DNA from: Squalus acanthias
Taxonomy: Eukaryota
NCBI GenBank assembly: GCA_030390025.1
Contig: JASTWF010000328.1
Coordinates: 62,001 to 126,000 of the forward strand
Direction of reading: 5' to 3'
DNA length: 64,000 nt
In this document: positions 49,829 through 62,123 of the stretch, piece by piece
Layout: each line of letters opens with the position of its first letter
Numbering within the stretch: the stretch's first letter is position 1
Made by a program: the position numbers and the translations under genes
Notes under the pieces: model-generated
What the model was told of the DNA's origin: nothing
The model's input: only the letters and a program-made list of their open reading frames with translations
Database searches by the model: none

Positions 49829-50544
49829 TGAGTATATTGAAGGCTGAGATAGTTAGATATTTGGACTCCAGAGGAATCAAGGGATATGGGGATAGGGCAG
49901 GAAAGTGGAGATGAGATAGTAGATCAGCCACGATCCTATTGAATGGCGGAGCAGGCTCGAGGGGCCGAATGGCCCACTCCTGCTCCTGATTCTTATGTTC
50001 TTATGTAAAATAGAAATCAGAGGGTTGGAGTTAAGGGAAGTTTGTTGCCATCTTTCCATCCATTCTGCTGCCTGACCCTTTGACTCCACACGGCCTGACC
50101 GTGGTCATCTTGTAGACCGTACATACTGCAGACACAGTGCACCAGTGGTGGAGGGGGTGGATATTGAGTCCTGTGGCAGGGGCTCTGATGAAGTTGATTT
50201 CTCCGTCCCGTGTATTTTCAGGCATCGCTAGTTGCGTTTTTCACCTCTTTCCACCTTTAAAAAAAAATCTTTTTGCCAGTTTATTAAAGCCATTAAAAAC
50301 CTTCCAGATAAGTCACACAAAAAAATGAGGCCTTGTATGTTTCCATCAAAATGACAGGCCTGAACTCGAGTTAGAAATCACAGTTAGAAAACATTCAGCA
50401 ATTAAACCAGACTGGGCGGGGACTGAGGTGCGAGTTAGTAATGGAAAAGTGGAGGCCAACGTCCTTTGCACCAGGGCTGAGGACCCGGGCACTAAGGTTT
50501 CTGTCTAATTTATTTATTAATTTTGTTTAATGCCCAATATTGCA

Positions 50545-51525
50545 GGGCAGTGCCCTCGGCCCAACCATCTTCAGCTACTTCATCAATGACCTTCCCTCCA
50601 TCATAAGGTCAGAATTGGGGATGTTCGCTGATGATTGCACAGTGTTCAGTTCCATTCACAACTCCTCAGATAATGAAGCAGTCCATGCCCACATGCAGCA
50701 AGACCTGGTTGACATTCAGGCTTGGGCTGATAAGTGGCAGGTAACATTCGTGCCACACAAGTACCAGGCAATGACTATCTCCAACAAGTGAGAGTCTAAC
50801 CACCGCCACTTGACATTCAACGGCATTACCATCGCCGAATCCCCCACCATTAACATCCTGGGGGGTCACCATTGACCAGAAACTTAACTGGACCAGCCAC
50901 ATAAATACTGTAGCAACAAGAGCAGGTCAGAGGCTGGGTATTCTGCGGCGAGTGTCTCACCTCCTGACTCCCCAAAGCCTTTCTACTATTTACAAGTCAC
51001 AAGTAAGGAGTGTGATGGAATACTCTCCACTTGCCTGGATGAGTGCAGCTCCAACAACACTCAAGAAGCTCGACACCATCCAGGACAAAGCAGCCCGCTT
51101 GATTGGCACCCTATCTACCACCTTAAACATTCACTCCCTCCACCACTGGCGTACCGTGGCTGCAGTGTGTACCATCTACAAGATGCACTGCAGCAATTTG
51201 CCAGGGCTTCTTTGGCAGCACCTCCCAAACCCGCGACCTCTTCCTCCTAGAAAGACAAGGGTAGCAGTTGCGTGGGAACACCATCAACTCCAAGTTCCCC
51301 TCCAAGTCACACACTATCCTGACTTCGAGATATATCGCCATTCCTTCATAGTGGCTGTGTCAAAATCCTGAAACCCCCTCCCTAACAGCATTGTGGGAGC
51401 ACCTTCACCACACAGACTGCAGCTGTTGAAGAAGGCGGCTCACCAGCACCTTCTCAAGGGCACTTAGGAACGGGTAATAAATGCTGGCCTTGCCAGCGAC
51501 GCCCACATCCCATGAAGGAATAAAG
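50545..51525 (+). mobile_element. CR1/L2-group LINE 3' part (duplicate of 21310-22715, without the PLE)
   Basis: MFADDC motif; contiguous CCAACAAGTGAGAG. Confidence 0.85.
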
Positions 51526-52142
51526 AACCAGAGTGCCCCGCGCGGGTGAATACGGCCTATCTCCTTCAGCAGCAGCGCAGCGCGCAGGCGCGGGAAGGAC
51601 CGGTCCCCGGAGACCGTCTTCCTGCGCGGAGCATGCGCGGTGCGGTTCCAGGAAACTGAGCGGAGGCGAGCGCGGCCTCAGCAACACCGAGTGCGCGTCT
51701 CAGGCCCGAATCAGAGCGGCCGGGCCCGGCGGACGTGCGGCCAGGGCCCCGGCACCAGGAAACCCAGGGTGCAGCGCCTCCCCCATCCGAGCCGCAGCTT
51801 CCCGGTTTCTTCAGCCGGTTCCAACGAGTCCGACTCGGGACAAAGGACAGGAGTCAGGCTCCCAGAATGGCCCGCGGCCCCGGGGAGCATGCGCACTCTC
51901 AGCGGGGAAATCAGCGCCTTGGATAGAGCGGTTTCTGGGGCGCGGGGAATTGTGGGTGCTGCGGGCGCCATTAATCAGCGGCTGTCGGGAAGAGTTTTAT
52001 CGCAGGCTGACGGAAGGTCGGTCCCTGGCCGCCTGTGTAGGTCTTTCATGGTGTATCAGTTTGATCTGGAGTGGAGATGGAGGAGAAGCTGCTGGGTTTA
52101 AGCCCGAGTAATTTTGAGGCCAGGAGGGCCCAACAATTTCCA

Positions 52143-52245
52143 GTTCTGACGAAAGGTCATCGATCTGAAACGTTAATTCTGTTTCTCGCTTCACAGATGC
52201 TGCCTGACCTGCTGAGTATCTCCAGCATTTTCTGTTTTTATTTCA
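52143..52245 (+). mobile_element. Penelope-like family B hammerhead fragment
   Basis: agtt-CTGACGA-a-aggtc atc gatct-GAAA-cgtt-aatt; TSD AATTTCCA at 52135-52142 and 52246-52253; empty paralogous sites at ~15954 and ~23325. Confidence 0.85.
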
Positions 52246-53137
52246 AATTTCCAATGTGAGACTGTCAAGGGGGTTGGATTCTAGGGGAGATGAGATTGTT
52301 AAACAGACACTTTCCGTACAATGTAAAATAGTATTATTTTAGGAACAAGTATTTCTGTAGAGGCTTTTAAACCATTTTACATATACAGATATTTTTAATT
52401 AATTATTGGGATGTGGGTGTTCCTGGCAAGGCCAGCATTTATTGCCCATCCCTAATTGCCCTTGAGATGGTGAGCCACCTTCTTGAACTGCTGCAGTCCG
52501 TGTGGCGAAGGTACTCCCACAATGCTGTTAGGGAGGGAGTTCCAGGATTTTGACCCAGTGACGATGAAGGAACGGCGATATATGTCTAGATCAGGAGTGG
52601 TGTATGACTTGGAGGGGAACTTGGAGTTGATGGTGTTCCCACGCAACTGCTGCCCTTGTCTTTCGAGGTGGTGGATGTCGCAGGTTTGGGAGGTTCTGTT
52701 AAAGAAGACCTGTCCAGTTGTAAATATATGCAGTCCCTCTCTTTCACCCCCTTCCCCTCCCCTCCCCTCCCACCCCTCTCTCTCTTTCTGCTCTCATAGA
52801 GGCTAGAGTCATGTGTCGGCCCAGACCGGGTGGTGGTTTCCCTTGCCTGAAGGACATCAGTGAACCAGTTGGGTTTTTACGACAATCCGGCAGTTTTCAG
52901 GGTCACTTGTTTCTAGCGCTGGCCCCACAAATGACCAGATTCATTGAGCTCAATTTCACAACCTGCCTTTGTGTTTTTGTGGGTTCTCTCTCACACTCCC
53001 TTTTACCTGTTTGAAATTCATTTCACAGGGTATTAGAAGGGGAGGATTTTCAGACCGTAAGCTCAAACCAAACATTACATCAAGATCTGACAGAGTCACG
53101 TGATTCATCAGGACCTGAATATCATCGGCCTTTGAAC

Positions 53138-54175
53138 ATGGAAACAAAAAGCACCGTTCACAGTGGGGAGAAACCGTACACGTGTTCTGTGTGTGGACGA
53201 GGATTCAGCCGATCACTTGGCCTGTCAAGACATAAGTGCAGTCACACCACGGAGAAACCGTGTAAATGTGGGCACTGTGGGAAGGGATTCAGTTCCCCGT
53301 CCCAGCTGGAAACTCATCGACGCAGTCACACTGGGGAGAGACCGTTCACCTGCTCCGAGTGTGGGAAAGGATTCACTAATTCATCCAATCTGCTGAAACA
53401 CTGGCGAGTTCACACTGATGAAAGACCGTTCAGGTGCTCTCACTGCAGCACTGGGTTCAGGCAGTCATCTGACCTCATTGTGCACCAGCGTACTCACACT
53501 GGGGAGAGGCCATTCACCTGCTCCGTGTGTGGGAAAGGATTCACTTGTTCATCCCACCTACTGACACACCAGCGAGTTCACACTGGGGAGAGGCCATTCA
53601 CCTGCTCTGCGTGTGGGAAAGGATTCACTCAGTCATCAAGCCTCACTTCACATCAACTTGTTCACACTGATAAGAGACCTTTTAAATGTTGTGACTGCGA
53701 GAAGAGATTTAAAAGCAAAAATGATCTGCTGACACACCAACGCACTCACACTGGGGAGAAGCAATTTACCTGCTCTGAATGTTGGAAGGGATTCACTCAG
53801 TCTTCCGACCTTTTGATACACCAGCGAGTTCACACTGGGGAGAGGCCATTCACCTGCTCTGAGTGTGGGAAGGGATTCACTCAGTCAAACAACCTGCTGA
53901 GACACCAGCGAGTTCACACTGGGGAGAGGCTGTTCACCTGCTCCGTGTGTGGGAAGGGATTCACTCAATCATCCCAGCTCACTACACACCAACTTGTTCA
54001 CACCAGTGAGAGACCTTTTAAATGTTCTGACTGTGAGAAGACATTTAAAAGTAAAAAGAATCTGCTGACACACCAACACACTCACACTAGGGAGACGCCG
54101 TTCACCTGCCCTGTGTGTGGGAAGGGATTCACTCAGTCATCCAACCTGCTGACACACGAGCGAGTTCACATGTGA
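53138..54175 (+). CDS. C2H2 zinc-finger protein ZNF-5, 12 fingers, 345 aa
   Basis: Intact frame from ATG (METKS); acceptor TTTCACAG at ~53028; AATAAA at ~54251. Confidence 0.88.
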   Translation: METKSTVHSGEKPYTCSVCGRGFSRSLGLSRHKCSHTTEKPCKCGHCGKGFSSPSQLETHRRSHTGERPFTCSECGKGFTNSSNLLKHWRVHTDERPFRCSHCSTGFRQSSDLIVHQRTHTGERPFTCSVCGKGFTCSSHLLTHQRVHTGERPFTCSACGKGFTQSSSLTSHQLVHTDKRPFKCCDCEKRFKSKNDLLTHQRTHTGEKQFTCSECWKGFTQSSDLLIHQRVHTGERPFTCSECGKGFTQSNNLLRHQRVHTGERLFTCSVCGKGFTQSSQLTTHQLVHTSERPFKCSDCEKTFKSKKNLLTHQHTHTRETPFTCPVCGKGFTQSSNLLTHERVHM

Positions 54176-54327
54176 TTACAGGGTTTGGATTCTGCTGTTA
54201 CTGCTGCTGATAATAACTAGGCTGGACTTTATTATTCTGGATATATGTTAAATAAATGAGCTTTGTTTTAAACACATTGTTGTAGATTTTTGTCTTTCCC
54301 ACCTGAGTGTTTAGCATCACCTGTCTT

Positions 54328-54655
54328 ATTTATAGACGCTCCCTAACGAGTCTCCATTTCTCCTCCATTTACAGACGCACCCTGACCAGTCACTATTTCT
54401 CCTTCATTTACAGACACTCCCTGACCAGTCACCATTTCTCCTTCATTTACAGACGCTCCCTGACCAGTCCCCATTCCTCCTTTACAGACGCTCCCTGATC
54501 AGTCTCCATTTCTCCTTCATTTACAGACGCTCCCTGACCAGTCACCAGTTCTCCTCCATTTAGAGACGCTCCCTGACCAGTCTCCATTTGTCTTCCATTT
54601 ACAGACGCTCCCTGATCAGTCTCCATTTCTGCTTCATTGACAGACGCTCCCTGAC
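54328..54655. repeat. 39-bp minisatellite, ~8.5 copies
   Basis: Unit ATTTACAGACGCTCCCTGACCAGTCACCATTTCTCCTTC. Confidence 0.92.
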
Positions 54656-54725
54656 TTCCTGTCTGTCCCGGAGTTTGGCGCGGGGCCCCTTTGCTGAACG
54701 AATCGGGAGCAACCGGGATCGGCGG

Positions 54726-55170
54726 GCGGATAATGTTGAGTGTTTTAATAATGGGGCCTGGGGCCGCACTCGGGGTGTGTGCAGCCCGCGTCCCCCCGGG
54801 GTTTATTAACCCGCTCCCTGAGCTCTCTCACCTGATGTGTCAGCGGCTGCTGCCAACGTCCGCGCATGCTCAGCTCACACTGCCCTGGTGATTGACGGGA
54901 GCTCCGGACCAATAGGAAGAGCGGGGCGGGACTGGAGGACCGAGCGGGCGGCGGGTCCTCCAACCAATCGGCGTGTGTGAGGGGCGGGGCTTGGCCTTTA
55001 AACATGAACAATAGAAGGTGAGCTGAGCATGCGCGGACCTTGGCAGCAGCCGCTGACACATCAGGTGAGAGAGCTCAGGGAGCGGGTTAATAAACCCCGG
55101 GGGGACGCGGGCTGCACACACCCCGAGTGCGGCCCCAGGCCCCATTATTAAAACACTCAACATTATCCGC
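54726..55170. repeat. 153-bp near-perfect inverted repeat around a 139-bp CCAAT/GC-box core
   Basis: 54726-54878 is the reverse complement of 55018-55170 with one mismatch seen. Confidence 0.92.
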
Positions 55171-55189
55171 TTCACAAACACCCGGGGTG

Positions 55190-55345
55190 GGCCTCAGGCC
55201 CCGAACAAGAGCCTCCGGGCCGGGCGTTTGCCCCGAGCGGGGCGGCAGCTGCGGGGCTTTCTCCCGGTGACAGGCCCGGGTTAACGGCCGCCATCTTGAC
55301 AGGCTCAGGGGGCAGCAGGGCGCATGCGCGGCCCCCTTGGCCAGG
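55190..55345 (+). promoter_or_regulatory. CpG-rich 5' region with YY1-like GCCGCCATCTTG and NRF1-like GCGCATGCGC (paralog ~61505-61680)
   Basis: Motifs at ~55287 and ~55320. Confidence 0.5.
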
Positions 55346-55418
55346 AACCAGGAGGAGAGAATCTTGTCAATTTCTATCCTGGACTCACAGTCATGGCTTT
55401 TGGAAACTCCTTTTACAG

Positions 55419-56022
55419 GCTGTGAGAAGGGCAGCATTTACACACCGCAAACTCAAACCAAACATCACATCAAGATCTGACAGAGTCACTCCATTCATCA
55501 GGACCCGAATATCATCGGCCTTTGAATGTGGAAGGAGAAATGTTTGTTCTGTCTGTGGGAAAAGATTTCAAACATCAGTGTGACTGGAAAAGCACCGAGA
55601 CACACACACCCGAGTGAGAGTGTTCCAGTGCACTGACTGTGGAAAGAGCTTTAACCAGTTACACAGCCTGAAAAAACATCGCACCATTCACAGCGGGGAG
55701 AAACCGTACACGTGTTCTGTGTGTGGACGAGGCTTCAACTGATCGTCCAACCTGGAGAGACACAAGGACACCCGCACCATGGAGAAACCGTGGAAATGTG
55801 GGGACTGTGGGAAGGGATCCACTTAGCCGACCCAGCTGGAAAATCATCGGCGCAGTCACACTGTTCACCTGCTCCGAGTGTGGGAAGGGATTCACTCACT
55901 CATCCAACCTGTTGAAACACCAACCTATTCACACTGGGGAGAGGCCGTTCACCTGCCAAGTGCGTGAGAAGGGATTCACTCGGTCAACCCACCTGCTGAG
56001 ACACCAGCGAGTTCACAAGTGA
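55419..56022 (+). pseudogene. C2H2 zinc-finger pseudogene ZNF-6 (MEKPWKC type)
   Basis: TGA at 55581 and 55740; ATG at 55779; frameshifting linker deletion at ~55863. Confidence 0.82.
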
Positions 56023-56352
56023 CTGCAGGTGTTGGAGTCTGCTACTTTTCCTGCTGTTAATCACATCCAGGACTGAACCATGTTTATTCTGACAGTTGGG
56101 GTTTGTTTCTGCTGATGTTAACCTGTGCAGCTGATGTAACCTGTGCAGCAGCTGGAGCCTTGAAATCAGCTTCACTGCCCCTGGGCTGGGAAAGAGGAAC
56201 ATGAGACAGGATTCTCCCTCTTACCTCTTTCTAAACTCATTTTACAGGATTTTAGAAGTGGAGCATTTACAGACAGGAAGCTCCGACCAAACATCACATC
56301 AAGATCTGAATCGCTCGATTGATCAGGACCTGAATATCATCGGCCTTTGCAC

Positions 56353-57569
56353 ATGGAAGGAGAAAGCAGCGAATGCAGCGATGACAATCCGCACACGTGT
56401 TCCGTGTGTGGACGCGGATTCAGCCGATCTCCTGACCTGGCGAGACACGTGCACCGTCACACCGGGGAGAATCTGAGCCAAGGTGCGGATGGCGGGAAGG
56501 GCTTCAGTTCCCCGTCTGCGTTGGAAGTTCATCGGCACAGTCACACCGGGGACAGTCCATTCACTTGCTCTGTGTGTGGGAAGGGATTCACCCTGTCATC
56601 CACCCTGCTGAGACACCAGCTTGTTCACACTGATGAGAGACCGTGTAAATGCTCTGACTGTGGGAAGAGCTTTAAATGTTCCGGGGATCTGAAGGGACAC
56701 CAGCGTGTTCACACTGATGAGAGACCATTTACGTGTTCTGACTGTGGGAAGAGCTTTAAAAGCTTCGGGATCTGACAACACACCAGGGAGCTCACACTGG
56801 GGAGAGGCTGTTCACCTGCTCCGTGTGTGGGAAGGGATTCACTGGTTCATCCACCCTGCTGAGACACCAGCTTGCTCACACTGATGAAAGACCATTTAAA
56901 TGTTCCCACTGTGGGATGAGCTTTAAAAGCCCCGGGGAGCTGAAGGGACACCAGCGAGCTCACACTGGTGAGAGGCCGTTCACCTGCTCCGCGTGTGGGA
57001 AGGGATTCACTCGGTCAACCAACCTGCTGAGACACCAGCACCTCCACACTGGTGAGAGGCCGTTCACCTGCTCCGAATGTGGGAAGGGATTCACTGATTC
57101 ATCCACTCTGCTGTCACACCAGCTTGTTCACACTGACGAGAGACTCTTGAAATGTTCTGACTGTGGGAAGAGCTTTAAACGCTTCCGGGAGCTGAAGCGA
57201 CACCGGCTCCTCCACACTGGAGAGAGGCCATTCACCTGCTCCGTGTGTGGGAAGGGATTCGCTCGGTCCTCCAACCTGCTGACACACCAGCTTGTTCACA
57301 CTGACGAGAGACCGTTTAAATGTTCTGATTGTGGGAAAGGCTTTAAAAGCTCCCGGGAGTTGAAGAAACACCAGCGAGTTCACACTGGAGAGTGGCCGTT
57401 CACCTGCTCCGTGTGTGGGAAGGGATTCACTCATTCATCCACCCTCCTGTCACACCAGCAAGTTCACACTGACGAGAGACCCTTTAAATGTTCTGACTGT
57501 GGGAAGAGCTTTAAAAGCTCGAAGAGCCTTAAGAGACACCAGCGTGTTCACACTGATCATCGAATCTAA
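56353..57569 (+). pseudogene. C2H2 zinc-finger gene ZNF-7 (inverted paralog of ZNF-1/2), frameshift at ~56765
   Basis: MEGESS start and HTDHRI end, split over ORFs 56347-56775 and 56823-57569. Confidence 0.85.
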
Positions 57570-60225
57570 CAGCACAGAAGGAGGTGATTCGGCCCATTGT
57601 GTCTGTGCCGGCTCTTTGAAAGAACTGTCCAATTTAGTCCCAAACCCCAGCTTTATCCCCAGAACTCTGCAAACTAGTCCTCTTCAAGTACACGTCCAAT
57701 CACCGTTTGAAAGTTCCTGTGGAACCTGATTCCAGTATCCTTTCAGATGGTGCGTTCCAGATCTTAACAACCCTCTGTGTGAAAACAATTCTCTCATTCA
57801 CCTCTAGTTCTTTTAGCAACTATTTTAAATCTGTGACCTTTGGTTACCGACCCACTTGCCAGAGTGAACAGTTTCTCCCTACTTGTTCAATCAATACCCC
57901 TCATCATTTTGAACACCTCTATTAGGTCTCCTCTTAACCTTCTCTGCTCTAAGGGGAACAATCCCAGCTTCTCCAATCTCTCCACATAACTGAAGTCCCT
58001 CATCCCTGGTACCATCCTGGTCAACCTCCTCTGTACCCTCTCCAAGGCCTTGACATCCTTCCTAAAGTGTGGTGCCCAGAACTGTACACAAGACTCCAGC
58101 TGAGGCCTAACTAGTGATTTGTAAAGGTTTAGTGTAACTTCCTTGTTTTTATATTCAATGGCCCTATTTACAAAGCCAAGTATCCCATACGCTTTCTGAA
58201 CCGCCTCACCAACTTGCCGTGGCACTTTCAAAGATTTGTGAATATGGACCCCCAGGTCCCTCTGCTCTTGCACCCCCTCAAAATAGTATCATTTATATTA
58301 TGAAATAACAACAGAAAATGCTGGAAACACTCAGCAGGCCAGGCAGCATCCATGGAGAGAGAAACAGAGTTAACGTTTCAGGTCTGTGACCCTTCATCAG
58401 AACTGGTAAAAGTTGGAGATGTAACAGGTTTTAAGCAGGTGCAGAGGCAGAGAAAGGGGGGGGGGAGGGGAGGAAGGAACTAAAGGAACGGTCTGTGTTC
58501 GGATTAAAGGCAGGAAAGATAAAATGTTGCAAATGGGGATGGCAGAATAATCAACAGCTGCTGCCTGAAAAAATGGGGGGTTATTGTCTGAAATTGTTGA
58601 ACTCAATGTTGAATCCAGAAGGCTGTAATGTGCCTAATCGAAAGATGAGGTGCTGTTCCTCGAGCTTACGTTGTGCTTCTATATTATATTATGTTCTATA
58701 TTACACCATTTATATTATACTGCCTCTCCATGTTGTTTCTCCATAAGTGCATAATTTCACACATATTCACATTTAATTGCATCTGCCATGTGTCTGCTCA
58801 TTTCACAGTCTGTCTATGTCCTCCTGAAGTCTGCTACTTTTTTGCTCACTATTTACAATGTTATCAAGTTTTGTATCATCCGTAAACTCCAAAATTGTCC
58901 ACCGATACCCAAGTCCAGGTCATTTATATATAACAAGAAAAGCAATGGTCCTAATCCCGACCCCTGGGGGAACCCACTGCATACTTCCCTCCAGTCAGAA
59001 AAACATCCCTCAGCACTGCTCACTGCCTCCTCTCCCTTAGCCAATTATATACCCAAATTACCATCAGCCCTTTAATTCCCTGTGCTTCTATTCTCCAAGT
59101 AAGTCTCTTTTGTGGTACTTTATCAAATGCCTTTTGAAAGTCCATATAAACAACATCTGCTGCACTACCTTCATCAACCCTCTGTTACTTCATCAAAGAA
59201 CTCAATCAGGTTAGTCAGACACGATTTACCTTTAACAAATCCATACTGGCTGCCCCTTATTAACCCATGCTTCTCCAAGTGAGAATTAATTTTGTCCTTG
59301 ACAATGGTCTCTAGTCGTTCACCCACCACTGACATTAGACTGATTGGCCTGTAGTTACCAGGTTTATCCCTCTCCCCTTTTTTAAACAGGGGTGTAACAT
59401 TTGCAATCCTCCAGTCTTCTGGCACCACTCCCATATATCTGAGGGAGATTGAAAGATTGTGGTCAGAGCTTCTGCTGTCTCCACCCTAGCTTCCCTCAGC
59501 AACCTAGGATGATCCCATCTGGACCCGGGTGACTTGTTAACTTTGAGTGTTGACAACCTATTGAGCACCTCCTTTCTATCTAATTTTATCCAATTTCTCT
59601 ACTCCCCCCTCCTCTACGGCGACATTAACTTCATCTTCTTTTGTGAAGACAGATGCTAAGTACTCATTCAGTACCTCAGCTATGCCGTCTGCCTCCGTAT
59701 GATCAGCTCTTTTTTGGTCCCTAATCGGCCCCACCATTCCTTTAACTATCCTTTTACTTTTCGTATGTTCATAGAAAATTTTTGGTTTCCCTTTTATGTT
59801 ACCCGCTAATCTTTTCTCATATTGTCTCTTTGCCCTTCTTATATCCTGTTTCAATTTCCCCCACACTCTCTGTATTCTCCTGGTTTTTGACTGTATTCTG
59901 TACCTGACATTTGTCATAAACCTCCTTTTTCTGTTTTATTTTAACCTCTATATCCTTTGTCATTGGGAGCTCTAGCTTTGGATGCCCCATCTTTCCTCCT
60001 TATGGGAATATGCTTGGTTTGTACCCGAACTATCTCATCCTTGAAGGCCTGCCATTGGTCATTCACTGTTTTCCTGGACAATCTTTGTTTCCAGTCCACC
60101 TGTGCTCGATCCCTTCTCAAATCACTGAAATTGGCTCTCTTCCAGCTGGGTATTTTCACCATTGATTTTTCTTTGTCCCTTTCCTTAACTACTTTAAACC
60201 TAATGATATTGTGATCACTGTTAAC
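57556..60225 (-). mobile_element. CR1 LINE, degenerate (paralog of 2686-4445, extending further 5')
   Basis: SDHNII, WRIANVTPLFKKG, EQRDLGVHIHKS. Confidence 0.88.
58302..58679 (-). mobile_element. Penelope-like family B 3' fragment with hammerhead at 58368-58404
   Basis: Minus strand encodes EAQRKLEEQHLIFRLGTLQPSGFNIEFNNFR (GIY-YIG C-terminus-like), then agtt-CTGATGA-a-gggtc aca gacct-GAAA-cgtt-aact; TSD TATATTAT. Confidence 0.85.
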
Positions 60226-60247
60226 CAGATCCTTCCTGCCCCAGAAC

Positions 60248-60330
60248 CGATGAGAAACCTTTAAATGTTCTGACTGCAAAGAGGTTTCAGAGTTCATCCA
60301 ACCTGCTGAGTCACCAGCCTGTTCACACAG
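60248..60330 (+). pseudogene. Single degenerate zinc-finger fragment
   Basis: GATGAGAAACCTTTAAATGTTCTGACTGC ... TCATCCAACCTGCTGAGTCACCAG ... GTTCACAC. Confidence 0.6.
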
Positions 60331-60584
60331 ATCCTCAAAGAAAGGAAGAGGTTTTAGAAAGGCTGGTGGCACTAAAAGTTCGCAGCCATCTCAGAGTAGT
60401 GTCCCTTTAATTACAATCTCGCAAAACAAGGAGAATCACTGTCCCTTTAACTACCACAAATCCCTGTGTGGAGGAGAGGGGGAGATACAGTCTGTCCCAG
60501 TAACTGTCGCAGAACAGAATTAGCGACCCTGTCCCTTTAAGGGCTTGACCCTCCCCCACTCCCTGCTTTTCCTCAAGTGTCTCA

Positions 60585-60990
60585 TCCTTAAAATTCTCAT
60601 CCCTGTTTTCAAATCCCTCCGTGGCCTCGCCCCTCCCTATCTCTGTCATCTCTTCCAGCCCCGACAACCTTCCGAGATGTTTGCGCTCCTCTAATTCCGG
60701 CCTCTTGAGCATCCCCGATTTTAATCGCTCCACCATTGGTGGCCGTGCCTTCAGTTGCCTGGGCCCTAAGCTCTGGAATTCCCTCCCTAAACCTCTCCAT
60801 ATCTCTACCTCTCTCTCCTTCTTTAAGATGCTCCTTAAAACCTACCTCTTTGACCAAGCTTTTGGTCATCTGCCCGAATATCTCCTTATGTGGCTTGGTG
60901 TCAATTTTTGTTTTATAATGATCCTGTGAAGAGCCTTGGGACGTTTTACTACATTAAAGGCGCTTTATAAATACAAGTTGCTGTTGTTTC
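60585..60990 (+). mobile_element. L2-like LINE 3' end
   Basis: GGRAFSCLGPKLWNSLP...LKTYLF; tail AAAGGCGCTTTATAAATACAAGTTGCTGTTG. Confidence 0.8.
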
Positions 60991-61044
60991 TGAAATTAAT
61001 AATAAATTCCCCAGAGGGAAAAAAACTTGTACTTTTACTCCCAA

Positions 61045-61680
61045 ATATTAGAAAGTTTGTTCCACAGAAGCACGGGGTTTATCTGCTTTTATTCATGAAT
61101 TTAAAAAGTCTATTAAAACCTGAGCCAGTGTGTTGTGAGACAAAGAGCCTTGTGTCCAATAAGGGGAATAAAGGCCCACAGCCTCCCCTGGCCCCGGGCC
61201 CTGAACAAGGGACTGGAGAAACTCGCTGCCCCGCGGATCAGACAATCAGCCGGCGCTAGTCCCGCCCCTCGGGCTCCCCGATTGGTTGGAGGACCCGCCG
61301 CCGGCTCGCTCCTCCAGCCCCGCCCTGCTCGCTCTCTATTGGTCGGAAGCTCCCGTCAATCAGGCCCGGATCACGTGTCCCTCACCGAATTTACAAAGAA
61401 AGCCCCGCGCGGTCGCCGGGCGGAGCAGCAGGTCGGCGGGAGCGGGGTCGGGAGATTAATCAACTGCGGGTAGGCCGCGCCGCAGGGTTTATAAAGTTGG
61501 AGAACGGCCTGAGGCCCGAATGAGATCCCCCGGCCCGGTCTGTGTTGCGCCGGACGGCAGCGGTGAGGCTTTTTCTCGGTGACAGGCCCAGGTTACGCGC
61601 CGCCATCTTGGTGGAGGAAAGACAGACCGGTTCCACTTGCAGCAGGGCGCATGCGCGGCCATCTTGGTACAGGAACAGGG
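61045..61680. promoter_or_regulatory. CpG-island promoter of ZNF-8; left part is an inverted copy of 12770-13088
   Basis: Two ATTGG, CCCGCCCC, CACGTG, CGCCATCTTG, GCGCATGCGC. Confidence 0.55.
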
Positions 61681-62123
61681 AGTGGGCGGGGCTTCAGGGT
61701 CCCAGTGACCAGGAGAGACAATCATTGACTCATTGATTTTATTCTCACTCTGCACACAGCGGGTGTGGAACTGAACCCAACCAGAGTAGAGGGAGGGGAA
61801 AACTGGGAGTGGAGGAAAGAAATGTTGGAGATAGTGCGATGGGTTTGGATTTCAGCACAGGGAGGAGGGAGAGTGTGTGGGACGGGGATTTACAGCTTTG
61901 GGGGAACAAGAGAGGAAAGAATGTTCCACAGAAACTAGAATTGTCTGTTCTGAATTTCTATCCTGGACTTACAGTGATGACTTTTGTAAACTCCTTTTAC
62001 AGGGTATTAGAAGGGCAGGATTTACTGATGGGAAACTCAAACCAAACATCATGTCAAGATCTGACAGAGTCACTCCATTCATCAGGATCTGAATATCATC
62101 GGCCTTTGAATGTGGAAGGAGGA

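Noticed and set aside
54328..54655. CRISPR-like periodic repeat
   Set aside because: No unique spacers, no cas genes, eukaryotic context; it is a minisatellite.
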